Positions 12,100-25,051 of a DNA stretch of 61,565 nt are shown here, piece by piece. This stretch comes from Chiloscyllium plagiosum (lineage: Eukaryota). Location of the stretch: NCBI RefSeq assembly GCF_004010195.1, contig NC_057720.1:36000571-36062135 (forward strand), written 5' to 3'. Each line of letters opens with the position of its first letter. Position 1 is the first letter of the stretch. The notes beneath the pieces are model-generated. The model was not told where the DNA came from, did not search any database, and saw only the letters and a list, made by a program, of their open reading frames with translations. A program made the translations under genes and the position numbers.

Positions 12100-12896
12100 G
12101 TGACAAAGTTTTTCATAAAGCTATCTGGTATGCTTCTTGGCATAGCTTCCAGGTATTATTTTACCAGTTTGAACTTCATAATCATCAGAAGAATTATGGC
12201 TGCCTGCTGAACATGAAATCTGGGAAAAGATTTCCGTGTATAATCAATTTAAAGCCCTTCGAAATTAGTGCTGTAAATTAGCCATGATTTAGCAGTAGAA
12301 ATTATTGCATTTAATGCTGATGACAAGGTGTTCATATGATATCTACATATTTTTGAATAGTTCAGGGATTAAAAAGTCTAACTATATACGGTAAATTGTA
12401 GCTGAATGACATGCACTTCTTTACATGGTGCCAAATTGAGAGTCGCAATTGCTGATGATTTCTTATTGCTGTAGTTTCATTTATGAGAATCTTCTAAAAG
12501 AGTTATATTTTTGATATTAACTTTCATGGATAAAATTTTTCAAAAGATGTTTAATAACTGCATTTGAGGCATGGTCAGATTTTGACAAATTCAGAATAAG
12601 TGAAGGTAGTTCTGTAGAAGAACACATGATGGAGTTCAGTAGGTTGTATAGAAGAGTGGAGAAATTTAATTTGGATATTTTCTGATCTGTGCTGGCATTT
12701 AAGTTATTAGACTGTGCTTACATATCAAGATTAGACAGATTCTTAGTTTTGATGAGAGTCAAATCGACAGAGCAGTGATGACAGAGCAAATGTCAGATGT
12801 ACAGAAAAGATTTCTTGAAAAGCATTCCTTTCCAGTAACTTTCAGGGCATAAATTGAGGAATTGTCCATGCAACAAAAATGATAACACAATGTTAA

Positions 12897-13058
12897 CGTC
12901 TAGATTAGAGTGGTACTGGAAAGCAGAGCAGGTCAGTTAGCATTCGCGGAGCAGGAAAATCGACGTTTTGGGCAAAAGCCCTTCATCAGGAATAAGTGAG
13001 GTGGGGGAAGGGGAAATGAGGAAACTGATGAAATCCACATTGATGCCCTGGGGTTGAA
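12897..13058 (-). mobile_element. Penelope-like (family A) fragment
   Basis: Terminal repeat with a hammerhead mutated GAAA>AAAA, plus a QPQGINVDF-coding piece on the minus strand. Confidence 0.75.
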
Positions 13059-13096
13059 TGTTAATGGGCTAGTGTGATGATTAGACATAAGTCACA

Positions 13097-13562
13097 GGTG
13101 TTGCCAGGGTTGGAGGATTTGAGCTATAGGGAGAGGGTGAACAGGCTGGGGCTGTTTTCCCTGGAGTGTCAGAGGCTGAGGGGTGACCTTATAGAGGTTT
13201 ACAAAATTATGAGGGGAATGAATAGAGTAAATAGGCAAAGTTTTTTTCCCTGGGGTCAGAGAGTCCAGAACTAGAGGGCATAGGTTTAGGGTGAGAGGGG
13301 AAAGATATAAAAGAAACTTAAGGGGCAACATTTTCAAGCAGAGGGTGCTATGTATGGAATGAGCTGCCAGAGGATGTGGTGGAGGGTGGTACAATTGCAA
13401 CATTTAAGAGGCATTTGGATGGGTGTATGAATAGGGAGGGTTTGGAGGGATATGGGCCAGGTGCTGGCAGGTGGGACTAGATTGGGTTGGGATATCTGGT
13501 CGACATGGACAGGTTGGACCAAAGAGTCTGTTTCCATGCTGTACATCTCTATGACTCTATGA
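13097..13562 (+). mobile_element. CR1/HER1 3' fragment
   Basis: LPGLEDLSYRER...RLRGDLIEVYKIM; (ATGACTCT)n. Confidence 0.92.
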
Positions 13563-13649
13563 CAGTTTTGAAGAGCAAAGTGGATTTGGAATTTACAATT
13601 TAAAAAAATCATTCCCGGAAATGCCCAGGGTGTGGTCTATGTGGAGGAT

Positions 13650-13957
13650 CTGGCATTATGGGATGTCACTAGATTAGTAATCGAGACTTGCAAACGAATG
13701 ATCTGGGGATAGGGATTGTAATCTCATGGCAGCTCGTAGAGTTTGAATATGTGGAATTTTAAAAATGAGCTGCTCTAATGGCAGCCATGTTCTTATTGTT
13801 TATTGTCATAAAAGAAAGTCGGATTCACAAATGTCCTTTAGAGAAGGGAATCTGTCTTCCTTACCTGTTTGGCCTACAGGAGCTTCACACCAACAGCAAT
13901 GTGGTTGACTCAACTGCTCCCTGGACAATTAAGGATGTATAGTAAATGCTAGCCTAG
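13650..13957 (+). mobile_element. Second tRNA-SINE family copy
   Basis: Colinear with 9751-10070. Confidence 0.6.
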
Positions 13958-14911
13958 AAAAAATATAGAACACACTTAAAAGTAAAAGGTGAAGAAGGAA
14001 ATAAAATGCATTTTGCATGTGATTCAAAATCGAATTAAATCATGACTGTCAAAAAGAGTATTTATAAATAAACATGAAATAGTTGATTTTAAGGGAGAAG
14101 AGGAGATATAGATCAAAGTGAGAATATTGCATAATCACAAGAAGTTTCAGGCCAGAGATAAATATGCTGGTGGCAGAATGTTTCAATTAGACAATTATGC
14201 ATGTCTACAGTATGTGGAATAGACTGACTACCAAAACACCCTAGATATTTAAGTTTGGAACGAAGTTAAGGAATTTGAGAGTTGGATCTTTTTACGGTGG
14301 AATGACAACGCACTAAAATCTTTAAACAGAAGTCATTCCTTGTAAAATAGTGCAAATCAATATTATTAGGATGTAGCATCCAGCAAAATACCATTAATAT
14401 TAAGTGGCCCATTGGCTGGATGGATATAGATGAAACTGGGCATGGAAAATGGCAAAACTATTGTGTTTGGAAAATCTGTGAAATTATAATTTACACAATC
14501 CAAGCACTATTATATTCCTTCAATAGAATATGGTCCATTGTATTTGGGGAATGGAAATTTAGAAGACAAGAAGTTAATTGTTTCAAAACTGCATAGGCAA
14601 TTTGCCTATCCATTCTCCAAAGTATAAAACATTTAGTGAATAAAGGGTGGAATAAAGGAAAACCATTTTCATTTTATATTTTGTGGATTTAGCAACCTCA
14701 TATTTAGTCAGCCAACAATAATGTGTAGTGAAGATATTACAATGGAATTCAGTAGTAATATCCATTGAGTGCTATATCCATCGTAAGTCATTTTGGGATA
14801 AAATACATTTGATGGAATACGTGAATGAAAAAAAGAAAGAGGATCACTATTGCATTTTGAAAATAGATGCTGGTGAATAGAGAAATCTCTAAATCTGAAT
14901 AAGTGGATAAT

Positions 14912-15268
14912 AGCACAGTAACTCGATGGTTAGCACTGCTGTCTCACAGCACCAGGGACCAGGGTTCGATTCCACCCTCTGGCATCTGTCTGTGTGGAGT
15001 ATCCACATTCTCCCTTGTCTGCGTGGGTTTCCACCAGGTGCTCCGGTTACCTCCCACAAACCAGTGACGTGCAAGTTAGGTAAATTGGCCATGTTAAATT
15101 GTCCATAGTGTTTGGGGATGTGCAGACAAGGTGGATTAGCCATGAGAAATGCAGGGATACAGGGATAGGGTAGGGGGATGGGTTTGGGTGGAATGCTCCT
15201 CAGTGGGTGGGTGTGGACCTGTTGGGCCGAATGGTCTATTTCCACACTAGTAATTCTATGATTCTATT
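14912..15268 (+). mobile_element. HE1-related SINE (older subfamily) inserted in the Copia RNase H region
   Basis: tRNA head, V-domain, attctatgattct tail. Confidence 0.85.
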
Positions 15269-15737
15269 AACTATCTGATTACTTTACAAAAAAATAAGCA
15301 AGCTCAAAGAAACTATTAGAAAAGTTGGAGAAAGGACATTTGGAATTCTCAGAAACTAAGAAAAACAAAGCAGAAATATATATTGCCATTCTGCACAATA
15401 TGTTGTCAATTTTTACTTTTGCTTGTTTTTCATTATTATTGTTCACCTTAAAAAGGGGAATTTGTTATTATTTATTAGGGTCAAGCAGGGATGCCTTAGA
15501 CCAAATGGGACGAGGGAATAGGTGATGGTTATATGTTAATTGAGGGATAATTGCATGAGCATTTGATTAGGTGTATTTATATGTAAAGCAAAGAATCTGT
15601 TGTTGGAGTTTGTGGGAGTGAGAGTAGAAATAAAACTAACTGGAAAAGTACATACCCGGTCTCTGTCTAACCAGCATTCTGGTATTTAGCAATGCCAAAC
15701 AGAATAGAAAAGTCAACTAAGCACCCTTTCACAGTCA

Positions 15738-16220
15738 CAAAAACAGAAATCGCTGGAGAAACCCAGCAGGTCTGGCAGCATCTGTGGAGAGAAAACAGTT
15801 AACATTTTGAGACCAGTGGCCCTTCTTTAGAACTGATAGCAAGTGGGGAAAAATGGTATTTATCTTGATGACAGGGGGCTGGGGGAGAATGGGAGGAGTG
15901 AACAGTTAGATAGAAACAGAGCACAGAGAGTGAGAAGGAGAAGAAAAAGACAAAGGGATTGTTGACAGTAAACCAGGGAAGAAAAGCTAGATAGATGATA
16001 ATGGAATTATAAGTGGATGAGAATGGGTTGGCTGTGCTGAAAGCAAACCAGGCCATGATAGGACCTGGGGTGTCAGGATGGATAAAAGACATGGAAAGAC
16101 AGTTTCTATGACTCAAAAATATAACTGTCTTTTTCTCCACAGATGCTGCCAGACCTGCTGAGTTTCTCCAGCACTTCCTGTTTTTATTTCAAGTTTCCAG
16201 CATCCACTGTTCTTTGTTTC
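15738..16220. mobile_element. Penelope-like (family C) element with inverted termini
   Basis: 15738-15815 is inverted relative to 16108-16185; decayed hammerhead on the minus strand at 15796-15835. Confidence 0.72.
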
Positions 16221-16672
16221 ATTCTTATATACTCTTTTAGTGCCAGTCTTCCATGGACTTTATGTTCTACAACTCCCATGTGGTTTTGACTCAGTGGTAG
16301 CATAATGGCTGGCAGAAGGCTGTTGACTTTCAGCAGCAATAAAACTTTCCATTATTAAATAATTATATTTTTAAAACTGAAATTCTAATTTGGTACTGAC
16401 CTACAAGGAAAGCTTTGTTTGCTGGATAGCCAGATAGGTGCCAGTGAAGTTGATACATCATCTCCTTAAAGAGCTACTACACTATTCATTTTGTGCCCAC
16501 TAATCATCCACATGTGGGAAATGTGTAAGGAGTGTATCTAAATTATGCAAGTTAAGTGACCCTGTGAATTTGATAGGCCATTCCAGCTGCATGTGATTGC
16601 AGTTAGCATTGCTGTTCCCCATGATTAGGCAGTCAGTTCTCTAATTTAATATCTGGGTTATGAGCATTATAT

Positions 16673-16781
16673 CCGAAAATGTGTTGCTGGAAAAGCGCAG
16701 CAGGTCAGGCAGCATCCAAGGAGCAGGAGAATCGACGTTTCGGGCATGAGCCCTTCTTCAGGCCTCATATATATAACGCTT
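16673..16781 (-). mobile_element. Penelope-like (family A) micro-insertion with hammerhead core
   Basis: Minus strand CTGAAGA-A-GGGC(tcat)GCCC-GAAACGTC; TSD agcattatat at 16663-16672 and 16782-16791. Confidence 0.8.
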
Positions 16782-19700
16782 AGCATTATATACTTTACAT
16801 GCAGAACAAGGGAATAAGGCAATTAAGAAAGCTCAGCAGTTCAAATGTTTGAACATTGACTTTCTATCAAATACTAGGAGATACATTGATTTAAGAGGCC
16901 TGCCTGTTACTGTAGCATGCCTTCTTCCTTCAGGCAAGCTGTCTATTTTTACCCATTTTCAATTTGGTTGCCATATGAAATATTCAGGGTGTAAACACTA
17001 GGCTAATTTTTGGAGGGTTAGAATGATTCCAAGATCTTTTGAATTGGCAGATTGGATGCGGAGCATAGGTAACATGCCCATTTCCAGCAGCCCCAATTTC
17101 TTTTGTGGCAGAGGAGTGATTCACACAGGAGGGAAATATAAACTCACCCTAGCCATTTGAACATTGATACCATTGCCACTTATCTGAGGGCCTTAATCTG
17201 CAATGTGGAAGTCACACACAGATGGAATAAACATAAATGCTGTTGAAAGTTGGGTAAGGTCTGTTTAAGTATCATGATAAAAAGTATTTTATTAATCCCC
17301 TGCAGTTTAAACATGAAATAATACAAGCCACAACAATCAATAGTTAACAATAACTGTGTCTGCTGGATTGGTTTGATTGGCAGACTGTCTGAAGTAAATA
17401 ATAGATTTTTTGTACTAGTTCAACAATTTTGATGGACTTCTTTATTGATATTTTCCAAGCAATATTGTTATAATATTATAAATGTTTGGCTGAGTTTCAA
17501 AAGCAATAAAGTTGAGTTAGCCATTTGATGGACAGTTTGAAGAGGCTGATAAGTAAGGTATCTTTGATATCAAGTCTGAATAGAGGTTATTTGTTTTAGT
17601 AAGAGGTAGATAACTTGAAATTTGAATGGGTTTTATGAATGGAAGTTTTCTTTAGTATCAAACTTGCATGGGTGAGAGCTGTATTATTGTTAAAAATAAG
17701 TTTTCTTTTCATCTTCACGTGTCTCCTAAGGTCTGCTCATGGTGGATAATGGGTGAATGTCAATCCGAGTATGAGGGACCATGGAGAGTGTGCGCATGAA
17801 TGGGCATGGAGGGCCATGAGGGTAATGAGGGATCTTGGGTATGTGAAGATTAAGGTTTAGAGATCCTAACAACGTATAAAATAGCTGGAACAAGAATCAT
17901 GAGAATCAATGTGGGCCTTCTGGCCAATCCAACTTGTCTTGCTCAGCTCCTTTAAAGCAAACATTGGCCCTAAGAGTGGGGGTACTGGAGTTGGAGAGTG
18001 CAGGTGGGAGTATGGGCAGAGGAGTATCAATTGAATAAGGAAATTTCCCAAATTTAATTAGCTACCTCGATAACAAAAATATGGCTCTTTGTTTCTGTCT
18101 CCACATATTCTATTTGATGAGGTAATTTTCTGTTTGCATTTCAGATGTCCAGTATTCACAGTATTTTCCCCTGCTTTTTTAATTCTTTGTGATTCATACT
18201 TTGTAATTATTAATCATAATTTTATTAAAACCTGCTTTCCAAGATTGTTCTGGATATGTTACCCAGAGAAAGGAATGTAAAGCTATGTTAAAACAAATGA
18301 TACGACTCCAGGGAAACAGAGCCAGTTATCTTAGGGAGATTTATGATTACTACTTGCTGTCATTTGAAGTGGGAAAGGGTTAATGATGTGTTAAATGCAG
18401 TCACTATCTTTTCTTTCAAGACTTGTGTTGACATTGCTTTTGTAATGAATCCTGACAATTGTGCTGAAGGTGTTTGATTGTCATAAGCATTTGTGTGTGT
18501 CTGCAATATGTCCACATTCATTTAAGAACCTTCGCTGTTAAGGTACCACAGTTTTCCAGTTAATTTTAAGTGGCCTCACCTCAATCTGATCAATAATCCT
18601 GCCACTTCCTGCAAAACTCAGGGAAATATTTTATTTTAAAAATCAATTGTGTAAAATGCTTGAATATGCATGAGTTTGCTTTTGACCTTGAGCATTGAGT
18701 GATTTTTGTCCTGAGGTTTGGTAAAAGAATGAACAGTCTCTCTTTAGATTAAAAAAAAACTACAGAAATGTAAGTTTGAATTTTTTTTAACAAATCTTCA
18801 CTTAATATTGCATATCTGCAGCCACAGCCAATATTTCTTATGGTTAGAAAAAATATTAACTTCAGCATTTAATTGCTGTAAATATTACTTAAGTCATTAC
18901 TGTACAAATAAATAGCCGATCTACATTTCCATTACTTTGGATTAGTCCTCTTGTGGCAACTTAATTCAAAGCTGTGCCCTCTTCCATTTGCTTTTCCAAG
19001 GCTGCATGAGAGCTTAGAATTTGGACTGAAAGATTGCTTTTTGTCATCTTACCATTCACTATCAAAAGTAAAAGCATAGTCACATGATTTCAAAATAGCA
19101 GATCTTTTGCATCCTGTCTGAATCAAGTCCAAGCAAACTCAGATTGATAACTTTGGCATATCATCCCACCACATAAATCGGGCAATATTCCTTATGGTTA
19201 TTGAAGAAAAAGCTCAGTTTTTTTGTAGCTTTAAAACTCTGCTTTAGTTAAAATTCTGTTTGCATTCAGTGGTTCCATCTTGACTTTAAAAAGCCAATAT
19301 TTATATTCAACAGTCCCAAAACCTTAATGTGAAGGTTAGCTAATTCTGATGACATGTTTTACACTTGGAATTATTAATTTCTACAGCTTGACCAAATTAC
19401 CAAATGCAGTTTTTGTTTTATTGAAATATCTGTAATTATAACTTATCCTATAAAACCTACAGTAACACATTCTTTTTTCAAAATACAAAGTAGAAGCAGG
19501 TTATTAAATCAAACCAATTCATGATGGCATTTACTCTCATCCAAAGGAAATTACATTTATCCACCCTATTCCCATTTTTTTTCTGCATCCGCCTGTCAGA
19601 TCTTACCTTGAACGTTGATAATGTCTGCTTTAACCACTAGCTTGAGAAGTGAATTTCACAGCCATCACATTGAATCATAGAACAGATTGAGCACAGAGGG

Positions 19701-20034
19701 AGACTATTTGACCCATAGTATCGTTGCTGGTATTCAATAAGAAAAACTCAACTCTTCTTTCTCTCCCACCCTTTCTTCCAAGTCTGTAATTTTGTTTTCT
19801 CTTGAAATACTTATCCATTCCCTTTGAAAGCTACTATTGGATCTGCTTCCAGTACCCTGCCAGGCATTGCTGATCCTAGGCACTCATTGCATTAAAAAGA
19901 AAATTTTCCATGTGTTGGTTCCTTTCCCGGCCATCTTAGAGTTGATTTTTTTCTCTGGTTTTTGAACAGATTATTAAAATATTAATAACAGAAGTTTTAA
20001 GCATTTAATGCCCCTCAACCTTGTGTAAATACAC

Positions 20035-20700
20035 ATTAAGACATTGAAAATAAATCCCACACGACAAATGGTTTGTCTCCAGCACCACCTTATTTTAAAT
20101 TCTTTGTAATTATCTCTCTGCCACATTTAATCAGATTATAGGTCATCCCTTCAGTTGTTATTCAGTTATTGACATTTTATTCGCACCATCTAACACACTT
20201 GGTCACCTGCAGAGACTTATTATTCAACACTACACTCACATCATTTGTACGATCTTTTGATCTCTTTGTCCTTGATCTCTCTGCCCACAACTTCTGTGTT
20301 CTATGTAGGCGGCACGGTGGCACAATATTTAGCACTGCTGCCTCACAGCGCCAGAGACCCAGGTTCAATTCCCGCCTCAGGCGACTGATTGTGTGGAGTT
20401 TGCACATTCTCCCCGTGTCTGCGTGGGTTTCCTCTGGGTGCTCCGGTTTCCTCCCACAGTCCAAAGGTGTGCAGGTCAGGTGAATTGGTAAAGGGGTAAA
20501 TGTAGGGGAATGGGTAGGTTGCGTTTCGGCGGGTTGGTGTGGACCTTATTGGGTTGAAGGGCCTGTTTCCATACTGTAAGTAATCTAATCTATGTGCCTC
20601 CCTCTCACTTCACCTGATGAAGGGGCTACGTTTCTTAAGCTTGTGATTTCAAATAAACGTGTTGGACTATAACCTGGTGTCATGTAACTTCTAACTTTGT
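20035..20700 (+). mobile_element. Penelope-like (family B) 3' fragment split by HE1
   Basis: Ends cacctgatgaagggg...aagcttgtg...ttggactataacctggtgt; homologous to 37623-38155. Confidence 0.65.
20307..20592 (+). mobile_element. HE1 SINE
   Basis: Head, V-domain and tail; TSD tctatgt at 20300-20306 and 20589-20595. Confidence 0.92.
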
Positions 20701-21185
20701 GCTGTAAAATTACAGAGATGACAATCAAGAAACAATAATGTTTTGTTGCACCTGCTTAAACTTGCATAATTCTTATATGAGAGTCTGAACTCTCAGTTGA
20801 ACATGGCTTGACACATCGATCATATATTTGACAGACACTTTCATGAAATTCAGTGATTTTTTTTCAAAAAATATGAATGAGTATTTTTGTCGTAAGTTTC
20901 ATGTCATGGTTACTATAGGGTTCAAAGTTCTGAGGTAGCGTATTGGTGAATGAACGTGCAAGAGCTATGTGTTAGTATGGTGAGTGTACAGAGCCAATTG
21001 AGGTGGTGGGGGCATGAATTGATATTCAGTTGGTAAGGGCTTGTAGGGCAATAGATGAAGGGATTAAGTGGTTTTGGGTTGGTTTGGAGGTGGATTGAAA
21101 AATGTATGTCTTTGTGGAAGGGGTGAGGGCTAGAGGCTAAGTGTAAGAGAAATTCCTCGAGAATAAAGGCGGCACAGTGACCAAA

Positions 21186-21312
21186 GGCAGCAAGGTGGCT
21201 CAATGGTTTGCACTGCTGCCTCACAGTGCCAGGGACTGGGTTCGTTTCCACCTTCAGGCGACTGTCTGTTCAGAATTTGCATATTCTCTCCATGTTTGGG
21301 TGGGTTTTCATC
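21186..21312 (+). mobile_element. HE1-related SINE 5' fragment (diverged)
   Basis: ggtggctcaatggtttgcactgctgcctcacag. Confidence 0.75.
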
Positions 21313-24300
21313 AGTGCACCTGGAGTTCAGGCTCTCATAAAAGAATTATGCAAGTTTAAGCAGGTGCAACAAAGCATTCTTGTTTCTTGAATGTCATCTC
21401 TGTAATGTTACAGCGCAAAGTTAGAAATTACTTGTAGGGATTCTATGAACAGAGATGGGCTTTTTAATCAGTCTGTCTCACTACTCAGCTGCCCCAGGGC
21501 ATTGCCCCATTTGTTCCTGGGATGCAGGCGTGATTCAATCCCATACCTGCCTACAGGTGTGAAAATAATATGTATAAGGACATTCTATCTGAGGTGGGTC
21601 TGCCAAGCTGGGAACATTTTTTTACTTTATCTAACCACGTCAATGGTGAAAATCTGGCTCTTTGCATACATAACCCTCTTATTCTTTCTTTCTGGAAATG
21701 TACTTATCAAGAAAATTTTTCTGAACACACTTTTAAAAACTCTTTTCCTATTTGACTTTTACCATGTTATTGCTGTCTGTGCTAGGATAATTACACCCCC
21801 ATTATCAAAAGACAGTAGTATTTGCACCTCTTTGTATTTTCCCTGCAAATTTTTTCTCTGTGTGTAGATGTTTCTCCTGCCTTATATTTGAAATTCCATA
21901 CATTTTGTCCTGTATCCATAGCTCTTCATTCGTGACATCACTACTGGAAACATTCTGCTGTCTTGTTAACGTGTCCCATCTTTTATAGTTTTTAATCACT
22001 TCCATTATACTGCCCTGTTGTTTGTGTACCAATGTGAAATTTTTTCTTTATATTTGCATGACGTTACACAGGGTAATGCCTTTTTGGCTGACTCCTCGAA
22101 TGCATCAGTAGCAGCCAGTACCTCACTTCTAAACCAGTTCATCCTTGATGTAGGAGGTGGGGTTCACATGACTTTCCATTGTGTAAAACTCTAATTAGGT
22201 ACAGCTATTCCATTCTCGTTCTTGCATCATTAATTGAACACTGCCCTATGCCTCATCTTGTATTGCATTGGTTTGTTGGCCAGCTATAATTTTTCCAGCT
22301 TCTTGAATGTTATATAACGCTGGTAATCAATATTAAGCATGTCTATTGTTTTAGGTTAACTGATTTGTTTAAATACATATGCACACAAGAATGAGCCAAA
22401 GTAACATTTGAATACCCTGGTCAAGTTACAATAACATGCACTCCGTGCAAATTTTTTTGCACTTCAGGGAGATCATAATGCACATGAGAACTGAGAGGGA
22501 GCAAATGTTTTACAGCGACACTACTGAAAGCTCTGTGCAATTCACATGAATGTTGTTGTGAAAATTGCATTTAACTTTTCTTGTTTCCCCTCTAATGCCT
22601 ATTCTTTATGTGGTGTTGATCATAACTCATTTGTGATTTCATTGCCTGTGTGCAGATGAACTCTACCCTGCAGGTTTTCAATGCTTACATGAATATATTA
22701 CATGTGTATCTTGGTCTTAAAATTTTCCGTATTTTAGTTGCTTTTTCTTGAATGTTTTTTGCTTCTGTGTACATGCCTAACTATTTTAAATAAATTTATA
22801 TTTAATTAAACACACAAAATATCTGATATCACCTTTTGTAATATTAAAAAAGAACTCCTGCCTTCGTGAGTAAAAATATATTTCATTGAAGATAGCTTTA
22901 CATATATGAACTAGGAATCGATTCTGATTTTCTTGTCATGTCCTATAGTTGAATGTTGGTTGTTAATGATCGTAGAATGTCAGTGACAATCTCAGTCTGT
23001 GACTTTTCAACAGCATTGCTTGCCACCACTTACTGCCCACTGCACAGAAAGAGAGCCAGCTGCAGTCAAGAGGCAGTAATTTAGGTGTTTAAGCTGAGCT
23101 GACAGCCTTTATGTCATGGTGGGTGACAGTGCATATTTGACACGGTACAGCTGTATATTGTGCAAGGTGAAGAATGTGATGCCATTTATCTTATTTTCAT
23201 ACATTTCTTAAGCACAGTTGCTCTATTCATGTGTGTTGGGGGAGGGTTCTCCCTTTGCATGGTGAGAAAGGAAGGATTGAAGCATCCCTGTAGGCCAATT
23301 GCCTATGACTTTTTCATTTCATATTCATGGTGTCGGAAAAAGAAATAATAAAAGCTACCCTATACAAATTAGTTATGCTTCAGAAAAAGTCATCACATGA
23401 TTAGCAAGTGTTTAAAATATGCTTCAATCACAATTTTTAACAATAAATGTCTTTTGTGAGTACAGTGTTATATCAGGCAGTGATTTTAAATCTTTTCTCA
23501 TCTATTTATTAAATATATATGTACAGAATGTCTTCAAGTCATGGTTTTCTTGCCGTTATATTTTCGGAGCCATGCTACTTGTCTTTTCTGTGCCATACCA
23601 ATATCTTATTCCATATCTGTGTAGGCCTCAAGTGCTGAATAAGCAGTCAATTCACAGCATGTGAATTTGAGCCTCTTGCATGGGTCAAAGGCTGTCAGCT
23701 ACTGTACTTTGTCATGTCTATGTATTTGGTTAACATCTGTGACATACAAACTTTCATAGCATCGTTTTTCTTATCCATTCCAATTAATTGTTAAAATTCT
23801 GAATTTTTAGTGCAAATGTACTACTCTTTATTACACAAACGATTTTTCTTTTCCCTTTCTAATCTCCCTTCCTAATATTTTGAGAATAGATAAATTCCCA
23901 TTGATTTGGTGCTTTGATCAGACCTTTTTTCTCTAGTACTTTGGAGGTGGAATATATACCACAGATCCTTCGTTATTATTATCATTTATTATTATTATCT
24001 CATCTTCTTCAGGATTTATTATCTCACCTTCTTCATTTCCACAATAGATCTATTCAAAGATGCCTATAATCCCAGATATTTGATTTGAATATAGGTTAAA
24101 AATTTCAGCAGTGTTTAGAATATATTCCTGCCAATTTCATGTACATTAATAATCAGTAAATGTACATCCATTCAGTCATTAGGAGAAAATATAGGTTATG
24201 CGATAAGTCTGTAATGTGTTATAAAATGTACAGCCTATTTGGCATGTCTAGCCCATCAGATCATTTTTTTTTGACCTTAATGCATTTTCTACTCAGCCAG

Positions 24301-24854
24301 TTCAGGACATATTTCTACAAAGGGTATTTCTATGTTGTTTCATCCAGTCCCCTTTTTTCATCGTGCTTTTAATATTCACCAAGGCAGTCCTGATAGGTTG
24401 ACAGGGGAGAGGAAAATGACTGCCTAGATGCAGTACATAATAAACCTTGTCTGTTTAGGTTGTGAATTTTCATTATTAGAATATTGGTCAGGTTGTTCAT
24501 AATTATTGTAAACTATTATCACAACTGGTTGCTAGCTATTTTACTTTCCTGGGAAGGATGCACAAACCTACATAAGGAACATCTGAACTAAGAGCCGTTC
24601 ACTTCCTTTCATTGAGCCTGCCTGTCATCAATAAGATCAGGCTGATCTGATTGTAACCTTAAAACTGCATTTCCACCTACCCAGATAACCTTTCATCTCC
24701 TTGCAATCCAATCTTCAAAGGTTAGCATTCTAAATCACTGCTTCATATGGTAAAGTTTGGGGCAAGGGAAAATTCATGTTTTTTTGGGAGAAGGTAAAAG
24801 TGGTAGTTATTCTTTTTACGATGTTATATCGCTATACTTCTAATCCATAAGCAA

Positions 24855-25051
24855 AGTTAAAAATCATGCAACACCAGGTTATAGTCCAACAGGTTTAATT
24901 GGAAGCACACTAACTTTCGGAGCGACGCTCCTTCATCAGATGATTGTTGCTTCAAAAGCTAGTGTGCTTCCAATTAAACCTGTTGGACTATAACCTGGTT
25001 GTGTGATTTTTAACTTTGTACACCCCAGTCCAACACCGGCATCTCCAAATC
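24855..25051. mobile_element. Penelope-like (family B) fold-back insertion with perfect 13-bp TSD
   Basis: TSD aatccataagcaa at 24842-24854 and 25052-25064; arms about 24853-24922/24948-25017; 34-nt tail 25018-25051. Confidence 0.85.
24908..24942 (-). ncRNA. Minimal type I hammerhead motif, family B
   Basis: Minus strand CAT-CTGATGA-A-GGAGC(gtc)GCTCC-GAAA-G-TTA^-GTG. Confidence 0.68.

Larger units (their letters stand above)
12510..15691 (+). mobile_element. Decayed, internally deleted Ty1/Copia (GalEa-like) LTR retrotransposon fragmented by younger insertions
   Basis: gag-like AFEAWSDFDKF...EFSRLY...VLAFKLLDCA (12560-12760); protease-like STVCGID and DVASSKIPLILS...IVFGKSVKL (14200-14520); KLHRQFAYP and ILYFVDLAT (14586-14700); RNase H end LSDYFTKK*ASSKKLLEKL (about 15270-15330); PPT aaaaaggggaa then TGTTA...TAGCA (15463-15691). 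Confidence 0.7.

Noticed and set aside
12422..12440. TACA-TGGTGCC as the Copia 5' LTR end and primer-binding site
   Set aside because: Upstream sequence does not visibly match the 3' LTR candidate and the tRNA complementarity is too short.
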